Assembly: GCA_050124655.1 (NCBI GenBank)
Contig: JASFEV010000002.1
Coordinates: 1-51,791, forward strand
Direction: 5' to 3'
DNA length: 51,791 nt
Source: Desulfobacterales bacterium
Lineage (GTDB): Bacteria > Desulfobacterota > Desulfobacteria > Desulfobacterales > JAHEIW01
Under the pieces are notes generated by a model. The model made no database searches. It worked only from the letters and a program-made list of their open reading frames with translations, and was not told where the DNA came from. This document shows, piece by piece, positions 12,329 through 20,673 of the stretch (position 1 is its first letter; each line of letters opens with the position of its first letter). The translations under genes were made by a program, and so were the position numbers.

Positions 12329-13699
12329 TCAAAACTTCTTTTCCGCTGATTTGCGATAATCGGCTGCTTTGATACCGTATTTTTTGAGTAAATTATAGAG
12401 ATCGGCCCTGTATTTGCCGGCCAGTTTGGCGGCCTGACTGACATTTCCGCCCGTGAGTTCAATCAGTTGGATCAGATAATTTTTCTCAAAATTCTTTTTG
12501 GCATCTTTCAGGGATTGCAGCCCCCTTTGGGCAGTGTCCTGACCGGGTAAGATCAACGTTTCCGAGATGACATTCTGGGTGACCAGCGCCACTGCACATT
12601 CAACCGTATTTTCCAACTCGCGCACATTTCCCGGCCAATCGTGTAACATCAGTTTCTGCAATGCAGAAGGCGTAAAGCCGGTGATCTCTTTTTGCGTCTG
12701 CCGGGCGTATTTGTTTAAAAAATAATTAGCCAGCAAGGGGATGTCATCTTTGCGCTGGCGCAACGGCGGTAGCTGTAGAACAATGACATGGATTCGGTAA
12801 AATAGGTCGTCCCGGAACAATCCTTTCTTGACCTCCGCTTCCAGGTTTTTATTTGAACTGGCGATAAAGCGGGTATCCACTTTGACTGTCTTTTGGGCGC
12901 CGACGGGATAAAATTCTTTTTCCTGCAGCACACGCAAAAATTTGGCCTGCATCGATAAAGCCATTTCCGAAATTTCATCCAGAAAGAAAGCACCCTGGTC
13001 GGCTTGCAAAAACAGCCCTTTCTTATGGTTGGCGGCATCGGTAAAAGCGCCTTTTTGGTAACCGAAAAGCTCACTTTCCAGCAGCGTTTCCGGTATGGCG
13101 GCACAATTGATGGCCACGAAGGGCCCGTCTTTGCGCGAGCTGGCCAAATGCAGGGTTCGGGCAATCAATTCTTTGCCGGTGCCGCTTTCGCCTTCAATGT
13201 ATACGTTTGCGTCTGATTCTGCCGCATGGGCGACCTGGTCCAGGACCGTTTCCATTTTTTCGCTTTTGGTAATAATGTTTTCAAAGCCGTAGCGTTCTTT
13301 GACGATTTTTTTTAGATTTTTGACTTCCTTGGTCAGTCCGCTGCGTTCGAGGCAATTTTGCGTTTGCAGCAAAAGTTCTTCGTGATCAAAGGGTTTGGTT
13401 AAATAACTATAGGCCCCCTTTTTCATGGCCGCTACGGCACTTTTGATCGAACCGTAAGCGGTCAGGATAATGACCGGTATCTCAGGGTTGAGTTGATGCA
13501 AATCTTCCATCAGCTCGATGCCGTCTTTGCCATTGAGCTTCAGATCGAGCAGCGCCATATCAAACATATTTTCGGCTGCCAGCGCGATGGCCTTTTGAGC
13601 GTCGATGGCGGTGACAACCTGATAACCCTGGGCCTCTAACCGCATGCGAATCACTTTGAGAATGCTGGGATCGTCATCAACGACCAGAATTTTTTTCAT
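12329..13699 (-). CDS. Sigma-54-dependent response regulator (NtrC/Fis family enhancer-binding protein)
   Basis: REC domain (MKKILVVDDDP, DLKL), AAA+ sigma-54 interaction domain (GESGTGKE, ESELFGYQKGAFTDA) and C-terminal Fis-type HTH (GNVSQAAKLAGKYRADLYNLLKKYGI). Confidence 0.92.
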   Translation of the reverse strand: MKKILVVDDDPSILKVIRMRLEAQGYQVVTAIDAQKAIALAAENMFDMALLDLKLNGKDGIELMEDLHQLNPEIPVIILTAYGSIKSAVAAMKKGAYSYLTKPFDHEELLLQTQNCLERSGLTKEVKNLKKIVKERYGFENIITKSEKMETVLDQVAHAAESDANVYIEGESGTGKELIARTLHLASSRKDGPFVAINCAAIPETLLESELFGYQKGAFTDAANHKKGLFLQADQGAFFLDEISEMALSMQAKFLRVLQEKEFYPVGAQKTVKVDTRFIASSNKNLEAEVKKGLFRDDLFYRIHVIVLQLPPLRQRKDDIPLLANYFLNKYARQTQKEITGFTPSALQKLMLHDWPGNVRELENTVECAVALVTQNVISETLILPGQDTAQRGLQSLKDAKKNFEKNYLIQLIELTGGNVSQAAKLAGKYRADLYNLLKKYGIKAADYRKSAEKKF

Positions 13700-14271
13700 T
13701 TCTTTTTTTCCTGTAGTTCTTCTGACCGGGGGATGGCGTTGCGTTTTTTTTCTTCCATCTTGATGTCGATGCGTTTGAATTTCTCCAGCTGTTCCCGCAG
13801 CTGGTTTATTTTTTGCTTTTGAATTTTTACTATTTTTTCCAAAGGTGCGTTGCGTTGCCTTAAATCCCGGATCTGATCTTCTTGTGCGCGGAGGTTACCC
13901 AGCACCACCAACCACAATTCGGCCTCCGGGCGCAGCTGACTGGCGGGATAGCGATCGATGATAACTTGAAAAGCTTCAGCCGCATTTTGGACATCACAGT
14001 CCGGATTGGCCGGATGGGCATAGATCAGGCCAAGCTGAAACAACGCCTGATCCGCCAGATTTTCCGAATACTGCCTTAAAACGCGCTGGTTTATCGCAAG
14101 AGCGCTGCGGTAATCGCCCCTGGCCATAAACTGTCTGGCCTCGAGCAACTGTTGATCCCCCTGTGGCGGTGGCGGCCCATGCAGACATCCCATGACGATT
14201 ACAGATAAGATCACCCAACAGGCAGGGTAAAGAAAAATGTGCTGCCCTGTCCGGGTTCGCTTTGCACCCAT
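13696..14271 (-). CDS. TPR-like lipoprotein with C-terminal coiled coil
   Basis: Signal and lipobox (VILSVIVMGC), a TPR-like stretch (ARQFMARGDYRSALAINQRVL, ADQALFQLGLIY) and a KQKINQLREQLEKFKR coiled coil. Its stop overlaps the regulator start (ATGA). The N-terminus overlaps the kinase 3-prime end, so the start is uncertain. Confidence 0.6.
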   Translation of the reverse strand: MGAKRTRTGQHIFLYPACWVILSVIVMGCLHGPPPPQGDQQLLEARQFMARGDYRSALAINQRVLRQYSENLADQALFQLGLIYAHPANPDCDVQNAAEAFQVIIDRYPASQLRPEAELWLVVLGNLRAQEDQIRDLRQRNAPLEKIVKIQKQKINQLREQLEKFKRIDIKMEEKKRNAIPRSEELQEKKK

Positions 14272-14948
14272 ATCTTTCCTCCGTGGTCGGCGATGATGTG
14301 TTTGGCAATCGATAACCCCAATCCCGTTCCCAGGGGGGTTTTTCGTCCACCCTCGATACGCTGAAAACGATCAAATATTCTTCCCAGATTTTCGTGTGTA
14401 ATACCGCAGCCCCTGTCCGCCACACAAACCTCAATCCAGTGGCTGAGTTTGTTTTTCAGAGTTGCTTCAATGACCACCTTGCCGCCGGCAGCGCTGAATT
14501 TTAAGGCATTGCCGAGCAGGTTCTCCATGACCTGGGCGATGCGTTCTTCATCCATTTTGACTAGCGGTAAATTGCGTGACGGTTTTAATTCAAGATCAAT
14601 TTTTTTGTGCTGGGCAATCGGCGCCAGCTTTAAAATTGTTTGTTGAATAATCGCAAACACCTGCCCCGGTTTGAGTTGATAATCCATCATTTTGGCTTCC
14701 ATGCGCGACAGATCCAGGATGCGATTGACCGAATCGATCAAGCGTTGACATTCTTTATGGGTAATGGCCAGCAGTTCGTTTTGCTTAGCGGGAATAGCGG
14801 CATAGGTCCCGTCCATTAGCATGCGACTGGCTTCTTTCATGGCGGTCAACGGCGTTCGCAGTGTATGGGAAACATGGCTGATAAAATCCTTTTTCATCTC
14901 ATCTAATTCTCTAAGACGCTCGCACATGCGATTAAAATCGTCGGACAA
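14211..14948 (-). CDS. Histidine kinase core (partial HAMP, HisKA, HATPase_c) lacking any sensor or TM region; probably 5-prime truncated
   Basis: H box FISHVSHTLRTPLTAM, N box NLLGNALKF, G1 DRGCGI, G2 GTGLGLSI. The frame opens only 14 codons upstream of a TTG start (NEIDTISSPPEIKK-LSDDFNRMCERL), which is the second helix of a HAMP domain, right after a TAA at 14991-14993. Confidence 0.8.
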   Translation of the reverse strand: MSDDFNRMCERLRELDEMKKDFISHVSHTLRTPLTAMKEASRMLMDGTYAAIPAKQNELLAITHKECQRLIDSVNRILDLSRMEAKMMDYQLKPGQVFAIIQQTILKLAPIAQHKKIDLELKPSRNLPLVKMDEERIAQVMENLLGNALKFSAAGGKVVIEATLKNKLSHWIEVCVADRGCGITHENLGRIFDRFQRIEGGRKTPLGTGLGLSIAKHIIADHGGKIWVQSEPGQGSTFFFTLPVG

Positions 14949-14998
14949 TTTTTTGATTTCCGGTGGTGAAGAAATGGTATCAATTTCATTTTATCTTC

Positions 14999-15054
14999 AA
15001 CCGGAAAAACGGGTCAATCCACCAGAGGCGGACAAGCAGGTAACGGGCTCAACC
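14999..15054. repeat. Solo copy of the right arm of the 10949-11076 element
   Basis: AACCGGAAAAACGGGTCAATCCACCAGAGGCGGACAAGCAGGTAACGGGCTCAACC matches 11021-11076 at about 52 of 56 positions. No inverted partner nearby. Confidence 0.85.
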
Positions 15055-15126
15055 GATGGATGTAGGTACTGGGACGGATCCGAGAAGGGGAGTGGGGTCA
15101 AGCGAGCCAAAGGCGCGCCGGCATAG

Positions 15127-15161
15127 GGATAAAAGGGGCAACAGGTGTGCCCCTTTTATCC
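15127..15161. terminator. Strong 14-bp perfect hairpin downstream of the small secreted-protein gene
   Basis: GGATAAAAGGGGCA-ACAGGTG-TGCCCCTTTTATCC. There is no clear U-run on either strand, so the terminator role is uncertain. Confidence 0.45.
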
Positions 15162-15181
15162 TGTTCAAAGAAGACCTTTGG

Positions 15182-15478
15182 CTAGCCTTCTTTGTTGATG
15201 GATTGAATATTTTTGTCTTTGTCGTATTCTATCATTACCTGATCACCTTTTTGCAGGGTTTTCAAGTCTTCGATTTGCGGGCCGGCGTTGAGCATAATGG
15301 TTTTACCCTCTGGACTCATCACTTCAAGCATACCGGTATCGGGGTCCACCGAAACCACCTCGCCTTTAATGGCCTGAGCGGGGCCGGCGGCCTGGGAAGC
15401 GCTAACAGCTGCGAATGAAATGGCAATCAGGGTAATGATCAACATTGAAATGGGCTTGTTTAATGTTAATTGGCGCAT
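15182..15478 (-). CDS. Small secreted protein of unknown function
   Basis: ATG at 15478 is preceded by AAAAGGAG. Signal peptide MRQLTLNKPISMLIITLIAISFAAVSASQA, followed by a beta-rich about 65-aa domain (KGEVVSVDPDTGMLEVMSPEGKTIMLN, LQKGDQVMIEYDKD). Confidence 0.6.
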   Translation of the reverse strand: MRQLTLNKPISMLIITLIAISFAAVSASQAAGPAQAIKGEVVSVDPDTGMLEVMSPEGKTIMLNAGPQIEDLKTLQKGDQVMIEYDKDKNIQSINKEG

Positions 15479-15695
15479 TGGTTTTCTCCTTTTTGTGTAT
15501 AATTGAATCATTCTGATTCAATATGATGTTTGTTTTAGAAAGGTTCCACCCGCGAATTTTACCTCCTTTCGGTTCGGGTTGATTTGCCGTGTGTCAGCCC
15601 ACTTCAAACATCAGCGCCGATGCGATACCAGGTGAGCCTGGCTTTACCGGACTGAACGATATCATCGGATCCTTCCGATACCGCTTTTTGAAAGA

Positions 15696-15710
15696 GCAAG
15701 GGCTGTGCCA
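15696..15710 (-). promoter_or_regulatory. Candidate sigma-54 (-24/-12) promoter
   Basis: The reverse strand reads TGGCAC-AGCCC-TTGC(T), an exact match to the TGGCAC-N5-TTGCW consensus. It points at the 15478 start about 215 nt downstream. Confidence 0.6.
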
Positions 15711-16381
15711 GACGGCGTTTATATGCTTATCTAATTGATATAATTTTATTTTTCTTATTTTAAAGCCTTCACTAGGCATTGAGTTGTATATATTTTATGA
15801 CAGTCCGGGACAGCATAATGGCTTTTAATGGTGCAATTCATAAAAATATCAATTGCTTATTTGCGTATCTTTTTTTGGGCCCGCTTGTATCCATTTGTTC
15901 TCAATGCTGCAGCCGACGGTTCGCCATGGCGCCTTTCGCTTGCAGGCGAACCCTGCTTTGAAATCTTCTGATGGATAGGATTTTTTAGAACAAAATAGCC
16001 ATCTCCTTTATCTTTACCGACTATAAAAGCAAGGCGAATGCCAAAGTGCTAAGAAAGTTATAAACAACTGTTTTTAATTACTATTTTAACTATGCCCGTT
16101 CGATCATTGAGTGGGCCGGGTGTATGGTTTTGCCTTCACCACCAACTCAGAACAATGCTTTCCGTACGCTTAACTGAACGTAAATACACTTTTTTATTGT
16201 GAGTGATGATTTCCTTCACCTGACAACTTTTTTTATTCACTTTTCAAAATAGGACTGCACGAATCATGGATGGGTATATACATTGAAGCATAGCGGTTGG
16301 TGATGCTTTTGAATCAAGGTTGGGTGCAAGAAAGAAAAGCAGACGGCTGCTGAATGGTTATTGATCTAATGCTCGAAAGTT

Positions 16382-16672
16382 TTAGTCTCCGCGTAAAAAG
16401 CGGTCGAGCTCGGTTTTTAGGGTACGCCAGCCGCGACCGACTTTAATGGCCCGGATGCGGCCTTCAGCGATGTATTTGAGATAAGTGGGGCGCGAAATTT
16501 TAAGATATTCACAGGCCTCTTTGGTGGTATAAACATTTTCCTCGCTGGCTTCATCAAATCCGTTGGCAAAATTTCCGTTTCGCCGGTCAAAACCACTGCG
16601 CCTGTCGCTTTTTTTGCGTCGATCTTCGCCGCTTCTGCGCTGTAAGATGTGATCATTAATCATAAAAATCAC
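16382..16672 (-). CDS. Helix-turn-helix DNA-binding protein (excisionase/MerR-like HTH_17) with an Arg/Asp-rich N-terminal tail
   Basis: C-terminal YTTKEACEYLKISRPTYLKYIAEGRIRAIKVGRGWRTLKTELDRFL is a typical excisionase-family HTH. The N-terminus has RRSGEDRRKKSDRRSGFDRRNG (DRR repeats). The start is either GTG at 16672 or ATG at 16663. Confidence 0.7.
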   Translation of the reverse strand: MIFMINDHILQRRSGEDRRKKSDRRSGFDRRNGNFANGFDEASEENVYTTKEACEYLKISRPTYLKYIAEGRIRAIKVGRGWRTLKTELDRFLRGD

Positions 16673-16847
16673 CCGATGTCTTTAATTAGTCGCAATCTAC
16701 CCCTGGCGATTTGCCTAAACTATTATCGGTAAATCACTTGTTATTCTTTATGTTTTTTTCGAGAAAACCCAAACGAATACCCTTAAACGTAAGCTTTAAA
16801 TGATAAATGCGTCTGTGTGAAGTACTTTTTTTAAATTCATCCATAAC

Positions 16848-16890
16848 CTGTCAAATGCTGTCAAATGCTGTCAAATGCTGTAAACATTTG
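16848..16890. repeat. Tandem 10-mer array CTGTCAAATG x3 plus a degenerate fourth unit
   Basis: CTGTCAAATGCTGTCAAATGCTGTCAAATGCTGTAAACATTTG. The last part forms the inverted pair CAAATG...CATTTG. It lies about 180 bp upstream of the HTH gene start. Confidence 0.9.
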
Positions 16891-17880
16891 ATAATAAATC
16901 ATTTTTTTTATTGAAATTCAGACCTTCGTCTGTTAAGGTGGCTGTGTCCATGCTGAAATGGCTGTTTTAGCGCCTCCCATATCATTGTTTTACAATTCGG
17001 AAGTGCGGCATAATTGGTCTTCGCTTTCAGCTTCGGCCCAACACGGTGTTTGTAGAAAAAAGTGATTGAATATCGGAACGTTTTTTTAACAACCACTAAA
17101 AGCGACGAGCACTTATCATCGCATTATCTTGATAAGGCGTTTAAAGCAGCATCAAACAGCATGCAGTCCTCAGGGGGGATACACTTTACCGGATAGAGGA
17201 AGGTTTATTAAAGGAAGCCGACGCCTAATAAACAAGTTCTTTGCCAATTCTGCTTTTGTCCCTGGATCGGGTTAAGTTATTCCCCTTTGCCCCTTTACAT
17301 CTTTTCTGCCTCGTGCCCCTTTTGCTCCATACTGCCCGGAAAAAGGGCTAACAACCGATAACGAATCTGTTTCCGGACGACGCGTTTTTTCGAAGGAATG
17401 GTGAAGGCTTTGTTTCTGCTCAGTAACATTGCGGTTGTTTTTGGCGATCATCTGAACATCGCTACAAAAACAAAACGGCATTCTTATGGAAGGCGCCATT
17501 TGTTTGCGCTGGTTGACCAGCCATATCCTCACTGGTTAACCAGTCCTTATATAATACATGACTAGTCATTTTTTACTACATTTGTCTCTTCTTCTTCATT
17601 ATGCAGGCCGTTGAGACAATTTCAAATGTTAGGCGTACGCGTGCGGATCATCGGGGGACCTATCCGGGCGCTACCCATGGACGGATCAGTCTTGGCGCTT
17701 CAAAAGCACCTTTATCAACCGGGACCGTCGCCTTGTTTTTTGGGTAGGTGCATCTGCCACCAGTAAATCCAGCTACGGCTTGTACACCCCAGTGCTTTCT
17801 GAATGAAAGCGGGGCAGATTAAAAAAGGGGTGTTGCTGGGGTGTACTTGCCGTAATTAAAAAGGATTACGCGAAAAAAGA

Positions 17881-17911
17881 AAAAGCGGGACCCAGCGGTC
17901 CCGCTTTTTTT
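17881..17911. terminator. Bidirectional rho-independent terminator
   Basis: AAAA-GCGGGACC-CAGC-GGTCCCGC-TTTTTTT. The A-run and T-run flank an 8-bp GC-rich stem, 24 nt beyond the stop of the 760-aa lipoprotein gene. Confidence 0.8.
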
Positions 17912-17934
17912 ATTGATACAGGTGAGCGTGCGTT

Positions 17935-20145
17935 TTAATCCACCAACTCTCCCTTGATGACTTCCAGTTCTGCCGCCGGAACCGCTCCTATAAGATCGGT
18001 TTTCGACGCATCATATACCAGCGACGGCGCCGGTATGGTTGTATCAAGGATCAGGCCGTCAGCCGCCGACGGGTCAGCCGCCAACTGCATCATAACACCG
18101 ATTTCCGTGCCTTTAACGACATATTGGGAGCTCTCATGGGTGAGGAGCGTGCCGTCTTTGAGATTAATGACCGGTTGCCACTCTTCTTCTTCCGGATCAA
18201 AATTCCAGGGCACGCGCAGCTCAAAGCCATCATACTCGAGGCTAAACTTTTGCCCGTCGTAAGTGTCATCACCGTTGAGATCGTTTGCCTGCGTATGGGT
18301 ATAGGCAAAATGCAAGGGCGGATCAAAGGTCATAAAATTTTGGTTAGCATCGATAATAGTGGTAAACTGCTGCCAACTGTCAGGGCCGGTGGTCCAGGAG
18401 TAATAGACATCCTGATCATAAGCGGTCCACATTTCCGCCTGATCTAAAGAGGTCAGGGTTAGCGGGCTGATGGTGGTACCCGTTTCGCTTATGGTATCTA
18501 AAATCGGCTGGCTAACTTCATCGATTAAGACCATGCTCAGCGCATCAAAGCTGTATATTTTTTCCGTCACAGTACCGCCCCAGTAGTCATCATGTGTCGT
18601 ACCCAAAGGCGGGCCCCAGTAATAAAGGGTTAGATTTGCGGCACTTTCTGGATCAATGGTTTCTTCGGCATGGTAGGATATGACCGTAGCATTAGTGGGA
18701 GTCGGGTAACGCCCCAGGGTCAAATAGGCATTTAAGGCCTGACACCACGCTCCGCTCCATTCATCTGGAAAAACAAAGGCAACCGGCGTATCCAAATAAT
18801 CGATTTGACCGGTTTGGGTATTTCTTACGCCCAGCTTCAGAAACGCTATGCCATCCCAGGCGATGACATAATCCGTACAGGACCCAGCGCATTCATAGTA
18901 AGACATCTCCACGTCCGTCAGTTCACCTAATGTGATGGATGATTTTGTATGCTTTCTGAGCTTGCCGGCCACCTGAAACACCTCATAGGAGTTGCCGTCC
19001 ATATCGGTTACGGTATCGCCGTCTTGAACCTCAACACCGTGTTCGATCCACAAGCCGTAATAACCGATGTATCCGTAATCATCGTTGGCGGTTTGAATGG
19101 GAAATCCGGAACTCAATTCAATTGCGTTGCCGGTCTCCGCATCAAACAGCTTATAGCGATAGACCTTGTGAAATAGATTATCTTTGTCGAAGGTTTCTTC
19201 TGGATCGGTCCCTTCTTTTTCCTTGAAAAAATCGGCATTAAAGGCCACATAGCCTTCATAGTTTTCTTCATCTACGCCAAAGCCATCGGTCCAATATTCA
19301 TATTCGGAAAAATAGGCTCGGCCCACCGATAGATCGACATTGGCAATTAAGTTCAGCTGATTATCCCAGCGTTCCTCCATGGGACCGACGGTTATCTCGC
19401 CGATATCGACGGATTCAACCGTAACATTACCGTCTACATCGGCATCGACTCTGAGTGCCATGGTAAATACGGGGTCGCCCGGGATTTCGTCCCCATTATC
19501 ATCCAGCAGGTTGGCCTTGAAGTGGGCCTCCATGCGACCCAGCGGATAGGTGTCGCTGACGCCTTCATACACTTCAAAATACCCTCTGATTCTCTGAGCC
19601 GGTGCTCCGTCTCCATCTCCAGGCTCGTCGACCCAGACCTTTACAATCATCGGAGACGCGTTGTCTTCCCGGCTGACGTCCACAGTGATTTCCATCAGAC
19701 TTTCGGTCGTTGAGGATGTCGAGGATGAACCGCTCTGGGTTTCTACCGAATCATCCACTTTTCTGACCAGCGCTTTGTAAGGGCCGGCGTTCAGAAACTG
19801 ATCATAGGCGGTATCGGATACGACGCCTAAGATATCATTGATTAAATTCAAGGCATCGGTATCTTCCACCCAGGTATCTTTGTTTTGTTCGGAATAGTCG
19901 CTGCCGGGGTCATCGTAAGCATCAATGCCGATCCTAAATGGATCGGCCGCCGCATTGACTGAGCCTGCGCCCGCGCCTGCATCCTCAACCTGAGTCATGG
20001 TAATGCGATTAGGCATAGAAAGGGCGTCCACGGAGCCCGAGTTATTGCTACCGCTGCTGCCGTCGCCGGAACAAGCACTCAAAAGGGCTAAGCCCATAAA
20101 GGCAGCCACCATTAAACTTATAACGCCATTTTTAGAAAAACACAT
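17935..20145 (-). CDS. Large acidic lipoprotein of unknown function
   Basis: The ORF extends to 20217, but ATG at 20145 (MCFSKNGVISLMVAAFMGLALLSAC) gives a classical lipobox LSAC followed by a Gly/Ser linker. About 736 aa, rich in D/E/Y/W/T, with no motif I recognise. Confidence 0.7.
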   Translation of the reverse strand: MCFSKNGVISLMVAAFMGLALLSACSGDGSSGSNNSGSVDALSMPNRITMTQVEDAGAGAGSVNAAADPFRIGIDAYDDPGSDYSEQNKDTWVEDTDALNLINDILGVVSDTAYDQFLNAGPYKALVRKVDDSVETQSGSSSTSSTTESLMEITVDVSREDNASPMIVKVWVDEPGDGDGAPAQRIRGYFEVYEGVSDTYPLGRMEAHFKANLLDDNGDEIPGDPVFTMALRVDADVDGNVTVESVDIGEITVGPMEERWDNQLNLIANVDLSVGRAYFSEYEYWTDGFGVDEENYEGYVAFNADFFKEKEGTDPEETFDKDNLFHKVYRYKLFDAETGNAIELSSGFPIQTANDDYGYIGYYGLWIEHGVEVQDGDTVTDMDGNSYEVFQVAGKLRKHTKSSITLGELTDVEMSYYECAGSCTDYVIAWDGIAFLKLGVRNTQTGQIDYLDTPVAFVFPDEWSGAWCQALNAYLTLGRYPTPTNATVISYHAEETIDPESAANLTLYYWGPPLGTTHDDYWGGTVTEKIYSFDALSMVLIDEVSQPILDTISETGTTISPLTLTSLDQAEMWTAYDQDVYYSWTTGPDSWQQFTTIIDANQNFMTFDPPLHFAYTHTQANDLNGDDTYDGQKFSLEYDGFELRVPWNFDPEEEEWQPVINLKDGTLLTHESSQYVVKGTEIGVMMQLAADPSAADGLILDTTIPAPSLVYDASKTDLIGAVPAAELEVIKGELVD

Positions 20146-20673
20146 CGTTCCCTTACCTACTGATGTTGATCGGTACCGCGCTGCAAAACGTCGTAACCTA
20201 GCGTGCATCATTGTCAAACCTCCTGTTCGATTTTATGTCACAAATGAGACCGGCATTTTTTGCGGCCTAAATTTCAAAGTCTAATGAGCTGAAGGAAAGA
20301 AGACATAACGGGCAGTATTTGCCGTCAGCCTCGAAAAAGAATCTGGAAAAAGTGACTTCAGACAATGGGGTCGCCTGAAACTGGAAGCTCTGTCTGCAGG
20401 GTTCATGCCAAAAAGAATAAAAAACAAATATCTATAAAATTAAGAAAGTTATATGGCAACAAGCTGGATTTGATGACGGTTTGGATGCAAAAATTTCCTA
20501 CCAGTAACATCGAATGGGATATTGCGAGCAACAGAGATGAAAATTATGAGAGGTAAAAAGCCAATCTGGCAGTTTTAATGGGAGGGTTTATGTATAACCG
20601 TGTACAGACTGCTTGACCGTCAGTTAGTTTATTTCTGAAATGGGATCAGCCCTCGTGTTTTATCCGGATCATG

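Noticed and set aside
12199-12372. 57-aa ORF (MKSKYMTAMTICLFMCILKK...) with a good GGAAAGGAGA ribosome-binding site
   Set aside because: It overlaps the 3-prime end of the sigma-54 regulator gene on the opposite strand and has no recognisable features. It could be a real small membrane protein, but the sequence alone does not support calling it.
15658-15671. 14-nt exact match GATATCATCGGATC shared with 49539-49552
   Set aside because: Several chance 14-mer matches are expected between positions in 52 kb when both strands are considered. The flanks do not extend the match and the sequence has no symmetry.
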